A stretch of 64,000 nucleotides of DNA from Mobula hypostoma (taxonomy: Eukaryota). Shown one piece after another: positions 48,210 through 59,676 of this stretch; positions within the stretch are counted from its first letter, which is position 1; each line of letters begins with the position of its first letter. The notes beneath the pieces are model-generated. The model ran no database searches. It had not been told where the DNA came from and worked only from the letters and a program-made list of their open reading frames with translations. The DNA is taken from positions 77,564,001 to 77,628,000 of the forward strand of contig NC_086108.1 in assembly GCF_963921235.1 (NCBI RefSeq), written 5' to 3'. Both the position numbers and the translations under genes were made by a program.

Positions 48210-48468
48210 GCTGGTGGCACGGTGAGATCAGCACCAGGCTCGAGAACGGAGGTTCCGGAGTTCGATCTAGTGACAGACCGCCCCTGGGCGCGCTCTCCAT
48301 CCGCGCCGGGTTGATGTCGCATTCGCAACTCGGCCTCGTAAAATAATATTGCGAAATGTCTGTGTGAGGAGTGGCGCCCCACGCAGCCTTTCGAACTGTG
48401 CCTTGTAAGGCATGAAACTGCCCGACACTGGCCTCTCAAGTCTGAGTCAACATCATCATCATCATCAT
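48210..48468 (+). mobile_element. tRNA-headed SINE with (CAT)n tail, CpG-rich
   Basis: tggcacggtg A-box-like, gagttcgatc B-box-like, catcatcatcatcatcat tail. Confidence 0.65.
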
Positions 48469-49152
48469 ATTGAAGGTCCTTATCCAGTGCTGCCTCTGAA
48501 GGAAACCCCTTGTGAAGCAACTCATAACCAACTAAGTCACAGGAGCAGTTCCAGCAACCGAATTGTTCAGCTTCAACTTCAGGTTCATTATCATTCAACT
48601 ATATACTTGTATTCTGCCAAATGAAACAACATTCCTCACAACCAAGGTGCAAAACACAGTGTGCATATAACTCACATCCAACACATAAAATAATATAACC
48701 GCAAATACATTAACAAGTAATAAAATATATTCCAGAAGACTGACATTTAGCATAAGGTGCATTTACAACATAATTTTAAAAATAAACAGTATAACACTAC
48801 TGGCACTTCATAAGTGACAAGACCTGGGTGGTGGCAAGTTAATTAATCTTACAGCCTTGGGAATTTGATACTCTGGTCAACCAAAATGTTCAATTTAAGT
48901 TCAGTTTCGCCATCCACTACAATGTCTCCTCTAAAGCAGTTAAAACATTAGTTAACCGATAATGAGAGTATTATACAACATTTCCCCAATGCAATGGGAA
49001 GGATGTGATAACATGAGAGATGGCGAGGAGATTTCAAAGGACGTTATCAGATGGAGCCATGGGATTACAGTAAACAGTTTGGAAACGGGTTCTTCAGTCC
49101 ACTGCGTCTACACCGATTAGATATTTGCATTAATAAGCAGATATACAGCCGT

Positions 49153-49178
49153 AGCTAATAAAGTGGCTACTGAGTGTA
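49153..49178. mobile_element. Single Tc1-type terminal inverted repeat remnant
   Basis: ctaataaagtggctactgagtg|ta, a Tc1 terminus with TA. Confidence 0.45.
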
Positions 49179-51274
49179 AATAGATTAATGGAAAGATAAA
49201 AATAGGCTCCATAATTTTCAATATGGCACTAGAGCTTTGCAATTATGAGGCATTTCTACCAGAAATACAGATAAACTTAATTATGCAAAATTTCCCTCAA
49301 ATTCCACTACAATCTTACTGCCGGGTCATTTTATTGATTCCTCAAAGAGAATAATGCTTTTTGTTGCCAAAGATTATTCATGTGCTATATTATGATTCAG
49401 ATTTTGATTTGAAGATAATCTCTATCTCTAATAAAGTCATTAAATTTCTTCAGAAACTTTAAGAAGTTATTTATCTTATTTGAGTCAGAGTAATCTTCCT
49501 CCACATGTTTGTCATGCCGCAAGTGACAACTTCTTCCTTGCTACTCTAACTATTGCGCCCTTCCTTCCTCCGATCTGCTGCAAAATCATTGCCACTTCAA
49601 CTGCTGGGGAAGTTAAATGCTGGGCTGACTCTCTACTTCCAGCTCTATTGCTGATGCTTTCACCCAAGTACCAACTCAGGATTTCGACCTTGTAAATGTG
49701 AAAGTTGAGAACTTGCCCCATCCAGTTTGAATTCTGCAGGCTTTTCTTCAATGCTTGCTCTTCTTCCAAAATGATCCTTGCCCCAATAATAACAACATTA
49801 TGAAAGCTAGTTGAGTCCAGGATTTCTGATTGCATCAGTCTTCTGTAGTTGTAACAAGCACATAGCTCCCATGCTGCTGCAACTGTCCCTCTGAGCTTTT
49901 AGCTTGATGGCATCATTAAAACACATTTATAACCGAAACAGGACTAATAATAACACCTCCTTAGTGAGAAATAGATGGAAAGCTTTTTAAATGACTTATT
50001 ATAAATTATAACATTCAATAACGGGATTATATAAGGCTTAGCATGAGTTATTTACACTGGCTAGTCTCCAACAGATCGGAAAAAAAGAGCAATTAACTGA
50101 TTAAAATATTCTGCATGGATAAAAGAGGGAGATTTGCATGATTCTGTACTTGACAATAAATGAAACAAATCATACTTACACAATATTAAACATGACATAA
50201 TTTTTCGCTTCAAGTATGCCTCAAGCTTCTGAGGAGCCATTTTGTATCATGGCATCGGAAATTGGACATTTAAACCATAAGCCAATATTTTTTGCAACAG
50301 TTGTGTATTTTAAAAAATACTTTATGGTCCCTTTTAAGCAGGTCTTAAAACAGATTTTACATAATCATATTATTACCAAATAACCTATTTCACCAGTGCT
50401 GCCTTTTAGAAGAAGAGAAATCCCCTTGCTTTAGATTCCAATTCTTGTTCTATAATTCCATTTCCCATCTTCACTATTTCACTCATCCTCTCTAATTTGC
50501 TATGCAAAATTCCCTTATCTACTGCCATGAATTTACTTCTCCAATACTTGTTGTGTGCAGATAAAACATTTAAAATTTACTGTCTCCTCATTCAAGTTAC
50601 TTTCTTCAGTTTGTGATTGAGAGTCATGTTGGTGCCTGTGGAGAAATGCAATGGGACCATTTTGCACACTTAACCCAAATCTGTTTGCTTGCTCTGGTGC
50701 AGATGCGTGAGAAATTGTTCTGTTCTGTTCCCATCTCTTTACTAACCACATTGTTAGTACACAGCTACAAGATCAAGTTCATGAACAACCAACACTAATT
50801 GAATCTAGTCAATGCTGACAGATGCCAGTTGTTTGCCTCTTAAAGAAGATGTGATTTTCAACTGCAGTCAGTTTGTAGGGTAACATAATAGGGAGAAACA
50901 TTCATACTTCACAACCACGACATTGAGCTAGAGTTTCACTTTAAGAGACTGGTCTGATACGATGACATTATTACATAAAGAGTTTTAGCATGATTTGTGT
51001 CTAAGTTTTGGAGTTCAATAAAATGTGCTATGGGCTTCATTAAGCATAAAACGCCTCAGTACATTTTAGTTGTGAAAACCAATAATGGTGACCCCAATGC
51101 ATTGGGACAATTCCAGAGTTATTGAGCATGTCAGCCAACCAGTTGTTTTGAAACTGCTGGAGTTTTGAAAACTTCTCTTTTGAGTCACAAGTCATGTACC
51201 TCTTCCCTTCACCCTCACTCCATCCTCCCTGTCCACCCATCACTTTTCTTCCATGTGGCATTCTTCTCTCAGAC

Positions 51275-51445
51275 AGCCAAAATATTCTGATTTCCAGGTA
51301 TAAGATGTAGATGGTGAAATTCAGCAGGTTAGGCAGCATCTAAAGAGAAATGAGTCGTAGTTTCAGGTCCAGACTATGAAAAGTTAGCTGTCCACACAGC
51401 TGTTTCTAATCTGCTGAATTTATTCAGCTTTTCCTGTGTTGTAGT
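51275..51445. mobile_element. Old inverted PLE-pLTR remnant
   Basis: ttcagcaggttaggcagcatc on one side and aatctgctgaatttattcagc on the other. Confidence 0.45.
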
Positions 51446-51957
51446 CACTGCAGAGATTCAGATTGAAAAGCGCCAGGCAATCTACAACTCAAACCTGCAA
51501 ACACAGCAATACTCAAGTACTGAAACTTCACAAGCAACTCTGTATTTAGGAAAAAATACTGAAAAATTCCACTCAACTCAAATACAAGAGCACAATGATA
51601 CTGATTTATGCAATAAGAAACCTACCCTTCGTAAGTCATCTTTACTGTAGTCAGAAACAGCTCCAGCACTGCATAAAGGATTTCTGTGAATCCACATTCA
51701 TTGCACAACCTGTTTCACAAGTCCATTTTCTGAATAACATACAAATCTTCTCAACCCTTACAACTAACAAGCATGACCTCTGGCCTGCCCCAGCTTAAAT
51801 ATTTGTAGTGGTTGGTCTAGCTCCATCAATCTCTTTAAATTCTAGATCTACCCTTTTCTAGAGCACAATGATCTGACTTATTAAACACATCCCTGTAACT
51901 AAGGCTGTTTAAACTCAACAGTAAAAGTTTTCGTTTTGATTATTTTCTTATTCTGGA

Positions 51958-52440
51958 TACAATGCTGTGCAAAAGTCTTAGTCACATATAGCTAGACTGC
52001 CTAGACTTTTGCTCAGTACTGTATTTGACAACATGGAGCAGAGAGCAAGATTGTAAATCTGGAAGGAGCAAAGGATGTCGGGAGTTGCGAGGGTGGAGTG
52101 CCATAGGAGGGGTGTGGGACAAGTGGCAGAGGAGTGTCAGGGGCAGGGGGTGGCATGGGTCATTTGATTCCAAACAATTGGTTTGTTGATCATTGCAGAA
52201 TGTCTCTCTGGTGTGTGGCTCCCTCCCTTCTCCTTTCCCCTTTTCCCAACCATGATCCCCCTCTCCCTACCCCCTTGCCACTTTCAGTTCACGAAAGAAA
52301 TCCATATCAGAATCAGGTTTATCATCACTCACACACTGTATGTCATGATTTTTTTTGGCAGAAGTGCAATGCAAAACATAAAATTACAATAGTATTGTGC
52401 AGAAGTCTTAAGCACCTTAAGCACCTTTAGGCACCCGAGA
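51958..52440. mobile_element. Tc1/mariner-derived MITE hairpin (51958-52023) plus composite tail with a third TIR (~52388-52437)
   Basis: ta|caatgctgtgcaaaagtcttag...ctagacttttgctcagtactg|ta; again tagtattgtgcagaagtcttaagcacc. Confidence 0.65.
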
Positions 52441-52479
52441 TATATATGTGTATCTATATACACCTCTCTCCCCTTTCTT

Positions 52480-54165
52480 GATCTCCCTGTCTCCATCTCT
52501 GGAAACAGACAATCCACTGACATATTTTACAAACCTATTGACTCTCAGTTATCTTGATTATACTGTATCCCTTCCAACCTTGTGACTTGTAAAAATGTAA
52601 TTTCTCTCTCTCATTTCATCCACATCACACCTGTTCTCAGGATGAGGCTTTCTCTTGGTAGGGGATTCTAGGACAAGAGGGCACGACTTCAGGATTGAAG
52701 GACGTCCTTTTAGAACTGAGATGCGGAGAAATTACTTTAGTCAGAGGGTGGTAAATCTATGGAATTTGTTGCCACGAGTGGCTGTGGAAGCCGAGTAATT
52801 GAGTGTATTTAAGGCAGAGATAGATAGGTTCTTGATTAGCCAGAGCATCAAAGGATATGGGGTGAAAGCAGGGGAGTGGGGATGACTGGAAGAATTGGAT
52901 CAGCCCATGATTGAATGGCGGTGCAGACTTGATGGGCCGAATGGCCTACCTGCTTCTATATCTTATGGTCTTACTCTAGAACATCTGAGATTTCCTCTTT
53001 TTTCAAAGAACAAGGTTTCCTTCCTACCTCCATTGATGCTGCTCTCACCTGATCTCCTCTGTTCTTGCACACCTGCTCTCAGCCCATCCTCTCAATGCCA
53101 TAGCAAGATTAGGTTCCCCTTGTCCTTACCTACCACCACATTAGCCTCTGTATCAAGCAGATTGTTCTCCATAACTTCTGCCGTCTCCAACCTACCACTA
53201 AGCACATCTTTCCATTCCACTCACCCCTCTCCACTTTCCATAGGGATCACTCCCTACTCGACTCCTTTGTCCATTTGTCTCTCTCTCCCCTGAGCTCCTT
53301 TCTGGCACTTTTTCCTGCAGGTGTGACAAGAGCTACAACTAATCCTACACCTCCACCTTCACCACCACTCAGGGTCCCAAATAGTTCTTCCAGGTGAGAA
53401 CACACTTCACCTGTGAGTTTGTCGAGGTCATCTACTGTATCCGATACATCCAGTGCAGCCTCTACATCAGTGAGACCCGATGCAGACTGGGGGAACCACT
53501 ATGTTAAATACCTTTGCTCTGTTTGCCACAAAAGGCAGTATATTTCAACTCAACTTCTTGTTCCCATTTTGACATGTCTGTCCATGGCCTCTTCTACTGC
53601 CATGATGAGGCCAAGTTCAAGATGGAGGGGCAACACTCATATTCTGTCTGGGTAGCCTCCAATCTGATGACATGAATATCAATTTCTCCAACTTCCGGCA
53701 ATTTCTCCCTCCATCCCTCCTTCCCTCTTTTTCTATTCCCCATTCTAGTTTTGTTTAGCCCATTTAATTGCTTTGGGAAAACATTGTGGGCCAAAGGGCC
53801 TGTTCCTGTACTGTACTGTACTGTTTTATAGTTACCTTTTCACTCCTTACCTGCCTATCATCTCCCTCTGGATACCTTCCTCTTTCTCTTTCTTCCATGT
53901 TCACTGTCCCCTCCTATTAGATTTCTTCTTCAACTCATCATCTCCCCCACCTATTCCCTCCCAGCTTTTTACATCATCCCCTCCCCCCCAACCTGGTCTC
54001 ACCTTTCACCTGACAGATTGAACTCTTTCCCCTCCTCCCACCTTCTTATACTGATATCTGCCCCTTTCCTCTCCAGCCCTGATGGAAGCTCGCCTATTTA
54101 TTCCTTTCCTTTGATGCTGCCTGACGTTCTGAGTTCCTCCAGCACTCTGTGTCAGCTGCTCACTC
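52480..54165 (+). mobile_element. Decayed Penelope-like element, with CR1 3' ends inserted (~52657-52972 and ~53750-53830)
   Basis: TDIFYKPIDS remnant, gttccccttgtccttacctaccacc (VPLVLTYH), GIY-YIG remnant at 53400-53700, pLTR. Confidence 0.8.
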
Positions 54166-54369
54166 ACTTATTTTGTTATGATTGGTGTACGTGGTCCTGC
54201 TACGAAGGATGGAATGATTATTGTGTGTTATCCACACAGCCTTTGTGTTAATGTTGGAGTGCGGAGACAATCACTCTATTTAGATTATAAACTATGACTT
54301 TTAGCATCTCCGATAAAAATGAAAATATTCCCTCTGGCAATGAGTTCCCTTTTGCTCACTTACTTCCAG

Positions 54370-54711
54370 CACTTATCAGGACTGCTCCCATTGACACTTC
54401 CCAGCCTCCACCCAGCTAATAGGATTCACCTACCGCTCATTCCAGACTCATGACCTGCAGCCTGTTTAATATCAGTTCTCATCCACAGCCCTTGTTCACT
54501 CATTGAACCAGCCAGCCTTAACCAGTTGATCCCAGCTTTCGCTTTCCCTGTGTAAAGCTTACATTGTTGCCTGTTGTGTTTAGCTTCTTTGCTCTCTTGT
54601 TTTGTAGCCCCCACATGACTTGTTATTTTGCAATATATTATTAAAGTTATTGTTCACTGCTGAATTGTCTCCGCCGCTCTGTGCTTGGGTCAAGCCTTCT
54701 GCACGTTTCAC
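54370..54711 (+). mobile_element. Probable Gypsy solo LTR
   Basis: TATA-like tttaatat, attaaa signal, U5-like tctgtgcttgggtc...caca end; layout similar to the LTRs at 33532 and 35670. Confidence 0.45.
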
Positions 54712-57170
54712 AGAAACATAGAAACATAGAAAATAGGTGCAGAAGTAGGCCATTCGGCCCTCCGAGCCTGCACCGCCATTTATTATGATCATGGCTGATC
54801 ATCCAACTCAGAACCCCGCCCCAGCCTTCCCTCCATACCCTCTGACCCCCGTAGCCACAAGGGCCATATCTAACTCCCTCTTAAATATAGCCAATGAACT
54901 GGCCTCAACTGTTTCCTGTGGCAGAGAATTCCACAGATTCACCACTCTCTGTGTGAAGAAGTTTTTCCTAATCTCGGTCCTAAAAGGCTTCCCCTCTATC
55001 CTCAAACTGTGGCCCCTCGTTCTGGACTTCCCCAACATCGGGAACAATCTTCCTGCATCTAGCCTGTCCAATCCCTTTAGGATTTTATACGTTTCAATCA
55101 GATCCCCCGTCAATCTTCTAAATTCCAACGAGTACAAGCCCAGTTCATCCAGTCTTTCTTCATATGAAAGTCCTGCCATCCCAGGAATCAATCTGGTGAA
55201 CCTTCTTTGTACTCCCTCTATGGCAAGGATGTCTTTCCTCAGATTAGGGGACCAAAACTGCACACAATACTCCAGGTGTGGTCTCACCAAGGCCTTGTAC
55301 AACTGCAGTAGTACCTCCCTGCTCCTGTACTCGAATCCTCTTGCTATAAATGCCAGCATACCATTCGCCTTTTTCACCGCCTGCTGTACCTGCATGCCCA
55401 CTTTCAATGACTTGTGTATAATGACACCCAGGTCTCGTTGCACCTCCCCTTTTCCTAATCGGCCACCATTCAGATAATAATCTGTTTTCCTATTTTTGCC
55501 ACCAAAGTGGATAACTTCACATTTATCCACATTAAATTGCATCTGCCATGAATTTGCCCACTCACCCAACCTATCCAAGTCACCCTGCATCCTCTTAGCA
55601 TCCTCCTCACAGCTAACTCTGCCACCCAGCTTCGCGTCATCCGCAAACTTGGAGATGCTGCATTTAATTACCTCATCCAAGTCATTAATATATATTGTAA
55701 ACAACTGGGATCCCAGCACTGAGCCTTGTGGTACCCCACTAGTCACCGCCTGCCATTCTGAAAAGGTCCCGTTTATTCCCACTCCTTGCTTCCCGTCTGC
55801 TAACCAATTCTCTTTCTTTCTTTTTAAATCTTTTTATTGAATAAGTATACAAAAAGGTAAACCATATAAACATTAATACAATGTTAAAATATAATAAAAT
55901 TCCAGAAGGTATCAATACCAAAAAAAATACTACAAACAATGTAATTTAAACATAAAAAACCAAGATAACATAATAGTATACTAAATTTTATATATATATA
56001 TCAATGGAAAAAAAGAAAAAAAAAACCCCAAAAAAAAACCCACCGTGCAACTAACTAAAAGCAAAGCAAAGCAATTGGCTAACTTGAAACCAAACTGAGT
56101 TAAACTTAAAATCACGTCCTCAATCCCGACCTCCATTAAAAACAGTGAAAAAAAACAAGAAGGGTATGTATTACATTAAATGAAAGTTTCGAATAAAAGG
56201 TCCCCAAATCTGTTCAAATTTAAATGAAGAATCATAAAGGTTACTTCTAATTTTCTCCAGATTCAAACATAAAATCGTCTGAGAGAACCAAAAAAAGGTA
56301 GTTGGAGCATTAAGCTCTTTCCAATGTTGTAAAATACATCTTTTCGCCATTAAAGTAAGAAATGCGATCATTCTACGGGCTGAAGGGGAAAGATTACTAG
56401 AAATTTTGGGAAGTCCAAAGATAACAGTAATAGGGTGAGGAGAGATATCTATATTTAATACCTTAGAAATAATATTAAAAATATCTCTCCAAAAAGTTTC
56501 CAAAGTAGGACAAGACCAAAACATATGAGTTAAAGAGGCTATCTGCCCCGAACATCTATCACAAAAAGGATTAATATGCGAGTAAAAACACGCTAACTTA
56601 TCTTTGGACATATGTGCTCTATGAACCACTTTAAATTGAATTAGGGAATGTTTAGCACAAATAGAGGAAGTATTAACTAATTGTAAAATCTGCCCCCAAT
56701 CATCCACAGAAATGGTAAGCCCCAATTCCTGTTCCCAATCTACCCTAATCTTATCAAATGGAGCTTTCCTAAGTTTCATAATAATATTATAAATCATAGC
56801 CGATGCACCTTTCTGACATGGATTGAGGTTAATTATCGAATCTAAAATATATGTAGGAGGAAGCATTGGAAAGGAAGAAAGTATAGTACTTAGGAAATTT
56901 CTAACTTGTAAATATCTAAAAAAATGTATTCTTGATAAATTATATTTATTAGATAATTGTTCAAAAGACATAAGGGAACCAATTCTCTATCCACATCAAT
57001 ACCATACCCCCAATACAGTGTGCTTTAAGTTTGCACACTAATCTCCTGTGTGGGACCTTGTCAAAAGCCTTTTGAAAATCCAAATATACCACATCCACTG
57101 GTTCTCCCCTATCCACTCTACTAGTTACATCCTCAAAAAATTCTATGAGATTCGTCAGACATGATTTTCC
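54712..57170 (-). mobile_element. Young CR1 (same family as 27210-29220), split by an L1 insertion
   Basis: Near-identical to the first copy over 54712-55813 and 56977-57170; open ORF 54808-55782. Confidence 0.95.
55814..56976 (-). mobile_element. L1-clade LINE 3' fragment, 12-bp TSD aaccaattctct
   Basis: ORF 56171-56971 with FFRYLQVR..QFKVVHRAH..CDRC..HMFWSC zinc knuckle; AATAAA and A-rich tail; TSD at 55802-55813 and 56977-56988. Confidence 0.93.
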
Positions 57171-57174
57171 TGAT

Positions 57175-57405
57175 ACTGTTGCCTATAAGGAGTTCATACA
57201 TTCTCTCCATGACCGTGTGGGTTTCCTCCCACATTGCAAAGACGTAAGGTTAGGATTAGTGTGTTGTGGGCGTTCTATGTTGGTGCCAGAAGCATGGTGA
57301 CACCTGCAGGCTGCCCAGCACAACCCTCACTGATTTGATTTGACTCAAACGACACATTTCACTGTAAGTTTCAATGTACATGGGACAGACAAAGCTAATT
57401 TTAAC
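57175..57405 (+). mobile_element. V-SINE-like fragment
   Basis: ggagttcatacattctctccatgaccgtgtgggtttcctcccacattgcaaagac. Confidence 0.65.
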
Positions 57406-58009
57406 CAATGCTTCCCCCTTCTGCTCTGCTCAGAGATAAGGTTGGTGGAGTACAGTTGTGATGTTTTATTGATGGTTTTCCTTATTCTTCTGTTTCACTT
57501 CCTCCAGGATCTGGACCTGCATGCTGACCTTCTCTAGTAAAGTCTGCTGAGTTTGAACTGGCATGTTGTGTTGAATGCAGCATGTGCTGGCCATACAAAC
57601 AATGGTTTTTATGATTAATAACATTTTTCCCACAATTAATCTGATAGTTGGCAAATGCAGAATCTATGATAAGAATGAATATTAATGTCAGGAGTCAGGA
57701 AGTAAAGGTTAGCTCTTGTTGCCATGGATATATCCCTTCAGTCGGTGTTGCCCATGGGGAACCTTCTGATAGTTTGGTCTCTGAGAAAAAATGTTATATG
57801 TGCTTCCCGGAAACGTGGCATTGAAATGGTCAGGGTGTCGGGCTTGTTCAGGTCACTGCTCCGTGGCTCTTCTCTTTGCATATCGGGTGTTTTATGGTCT
57901 TCTTTTGTTTTTAATGGTTTCTTTTTGGGATTCTTTGTTTCATAGCTGCCTGTAAGGAGATGAAGCTCAGGGTTCTATAAAGTATTTCAAATGTACTTTG
58001 AACTTTGAT

Positions 58010-58229
58010 TTGAGTAATATTGTAAACATATTGTTTGATTAAGCATTCTTTATTGTTTACATAATTCATTAAAGGTTAAATGTAAAAGTAAGTGAATGGC
58101 ATACGTCATTATGCCACCATGTCATATGTGTGTGCCTCACTAAAAGCAAGAAACAAAACTAGAGTACACAGTTATGCAGATCTCCCCATGTTATTTTTCA
58201 ATTGATTTCTGAGGTTGCAAAGCATAACA
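58010..58229 (+). mobile_element. Solo LTR remnant related to 36278-36525, preceded by a Rex1-type tail (~57870-58008)
   Basis: Colinear similarity (ttgattaa, gtgaat, ccacatg/ccaccatg, ctcccatgt) and the same CATAACA end. Confidence 0.6.
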
Positions 58230-58245
58230 GCATTCACCATCATAA

Positions 58246-58377
58246 TACATCAAAGTTGCTGGAGAATGCAGCAGGCCAGGCAGCATCTCCAGGAAGAGGT
58301 ACAGTCGACGTTTTGGGCCGAGACCCTTCGTGACGTTGCTTGAAATTCCAGCATCTTCAGATTTCCTCGTGTTTGCG
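58246..58377. mobile_element. PLE pLTR mini-insertion with 5' inversion; 13-bp TSD ttcaccatcataa
   Basis: Inverted segment 58246-58331, forward 3' end 58335-58377; TSD at 58233-58245 and 58378-58390. Confidence 0.88.
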
Positions 58378-59431
58378 TTCACCATCATAAATACAGTTCA
58401 ATGTGCTCCAATCTATTATTAAAGTTTGAGGAAATGGAAACTTTTCCAATGATAGAAAAGATCTGACTTGGTAATGGGAACCCTTGTTACATAAAAATAG
58501 TCAATTGCTGTCTGTGTGTGTAGGAAGCCGGGATTACTGACAGATCCTAGTGAAATCAAAGATTACGAACTGATCTATGTGTGAATGCAGAACTTAGATG
58601 ACCTCTCTGATTTTTTCGGTACATATGGCCAAGTTCTGATGCAAATATTTGGAGTGATAGAGATGTGATCAAGGACAGGTTTAATAATAAGAAGAAAAAC
58701 TGAAAGATAAAGGTGGCATTGCTTAGCTATGAGATCACTGAGCACAGAGTTGACATTTGAGTACACTGTCAGTCTCACAGGCAAAGGTGATTTCTAAAGA
58801 ATCACAGCTGACAGACTATGGATGGGTTCTGTAGTCTCAATACTTCATGCATCAACTATTCTTTATTGTGTGTGGCTTTCTTTAGCATGTGCCATTATTT
58901 GAAGACTGTTTCTATAAATCTGTTTCATCTTAATCCCTGGAGTGTAGAGTCATTTACTTACTCCAGCAATTTTACAACCAAGGGTGCTTTTAACACTCAG
59001 ATCTACATATCCAAAAGCTTTAAAGCGCGAGCGTCCAAATTTTTCTTTATTCTTTGAGAATTACATGGACATTCATCTTTATGGCTTAGACAGTTCCTTT
59101 GGGAAAAAGAGACAAAACTGATCAAGCAAAACCATTTAAGGGAACCTGTTTGCTCTCCTGTATTAAGACTAGCTAAGCTCTTTAAGTGGAATGTGAACAC
59201 ATTTGAAATCGCATTTCTGTACGTATTAACAGCAGGATGAGAACACATACAGTAGTTTTATTAAGATGAAATAGTGGCATTAATTCACTTTTGCTTCGAA
59301 ACACACTATGTACGGTGACTGTCTTCTACAGTATATTTAATGCCATGGACATTAAATATTTAAAAATATATAGAACATGATCAGTGGGGGGTTAGCATAG
59401 TATTTGAATTTTCCCTCAATGAGCATAGAAC

Positions 59432-59676
59432 GATAAGAGAAAGACAACTCAGATTCCTAGGACACATCATGCGGAAAGATGAACTAGAAAAATTCATACT
59501 CTCTGGAAAGATTGAGGGGAGCAAACCTAGAGGAAGACCTCGGCTTATGTACATCAAAAGCATAGCCGGGTGGCTACATATCGAAGAAATGGAAGTCATC
59601 CAAAAAATGAAGGCTAGATCTATATGGAAAACCATGGTCACCAAAGTCTGCATCAGATATGGTAGCTAGATAGACA
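59432..59676 (+). mobile_element. RTE-clade LINE extreme 3' fragment, 11-bp TSD gagcatagaac
   Basis: RQLRFLGHIMRKDELEK..GKIEGSKPRGRPR; TSD at 59421-59431 and 59677-59687. Confidence 0.85.

Noticed and set aside
54785..55477. 230-aa plus-strand ORF, and similar ORFs at 27998-28402 and 6985-7536
   Set aside because: Antisense shadow frames of CR1 RT
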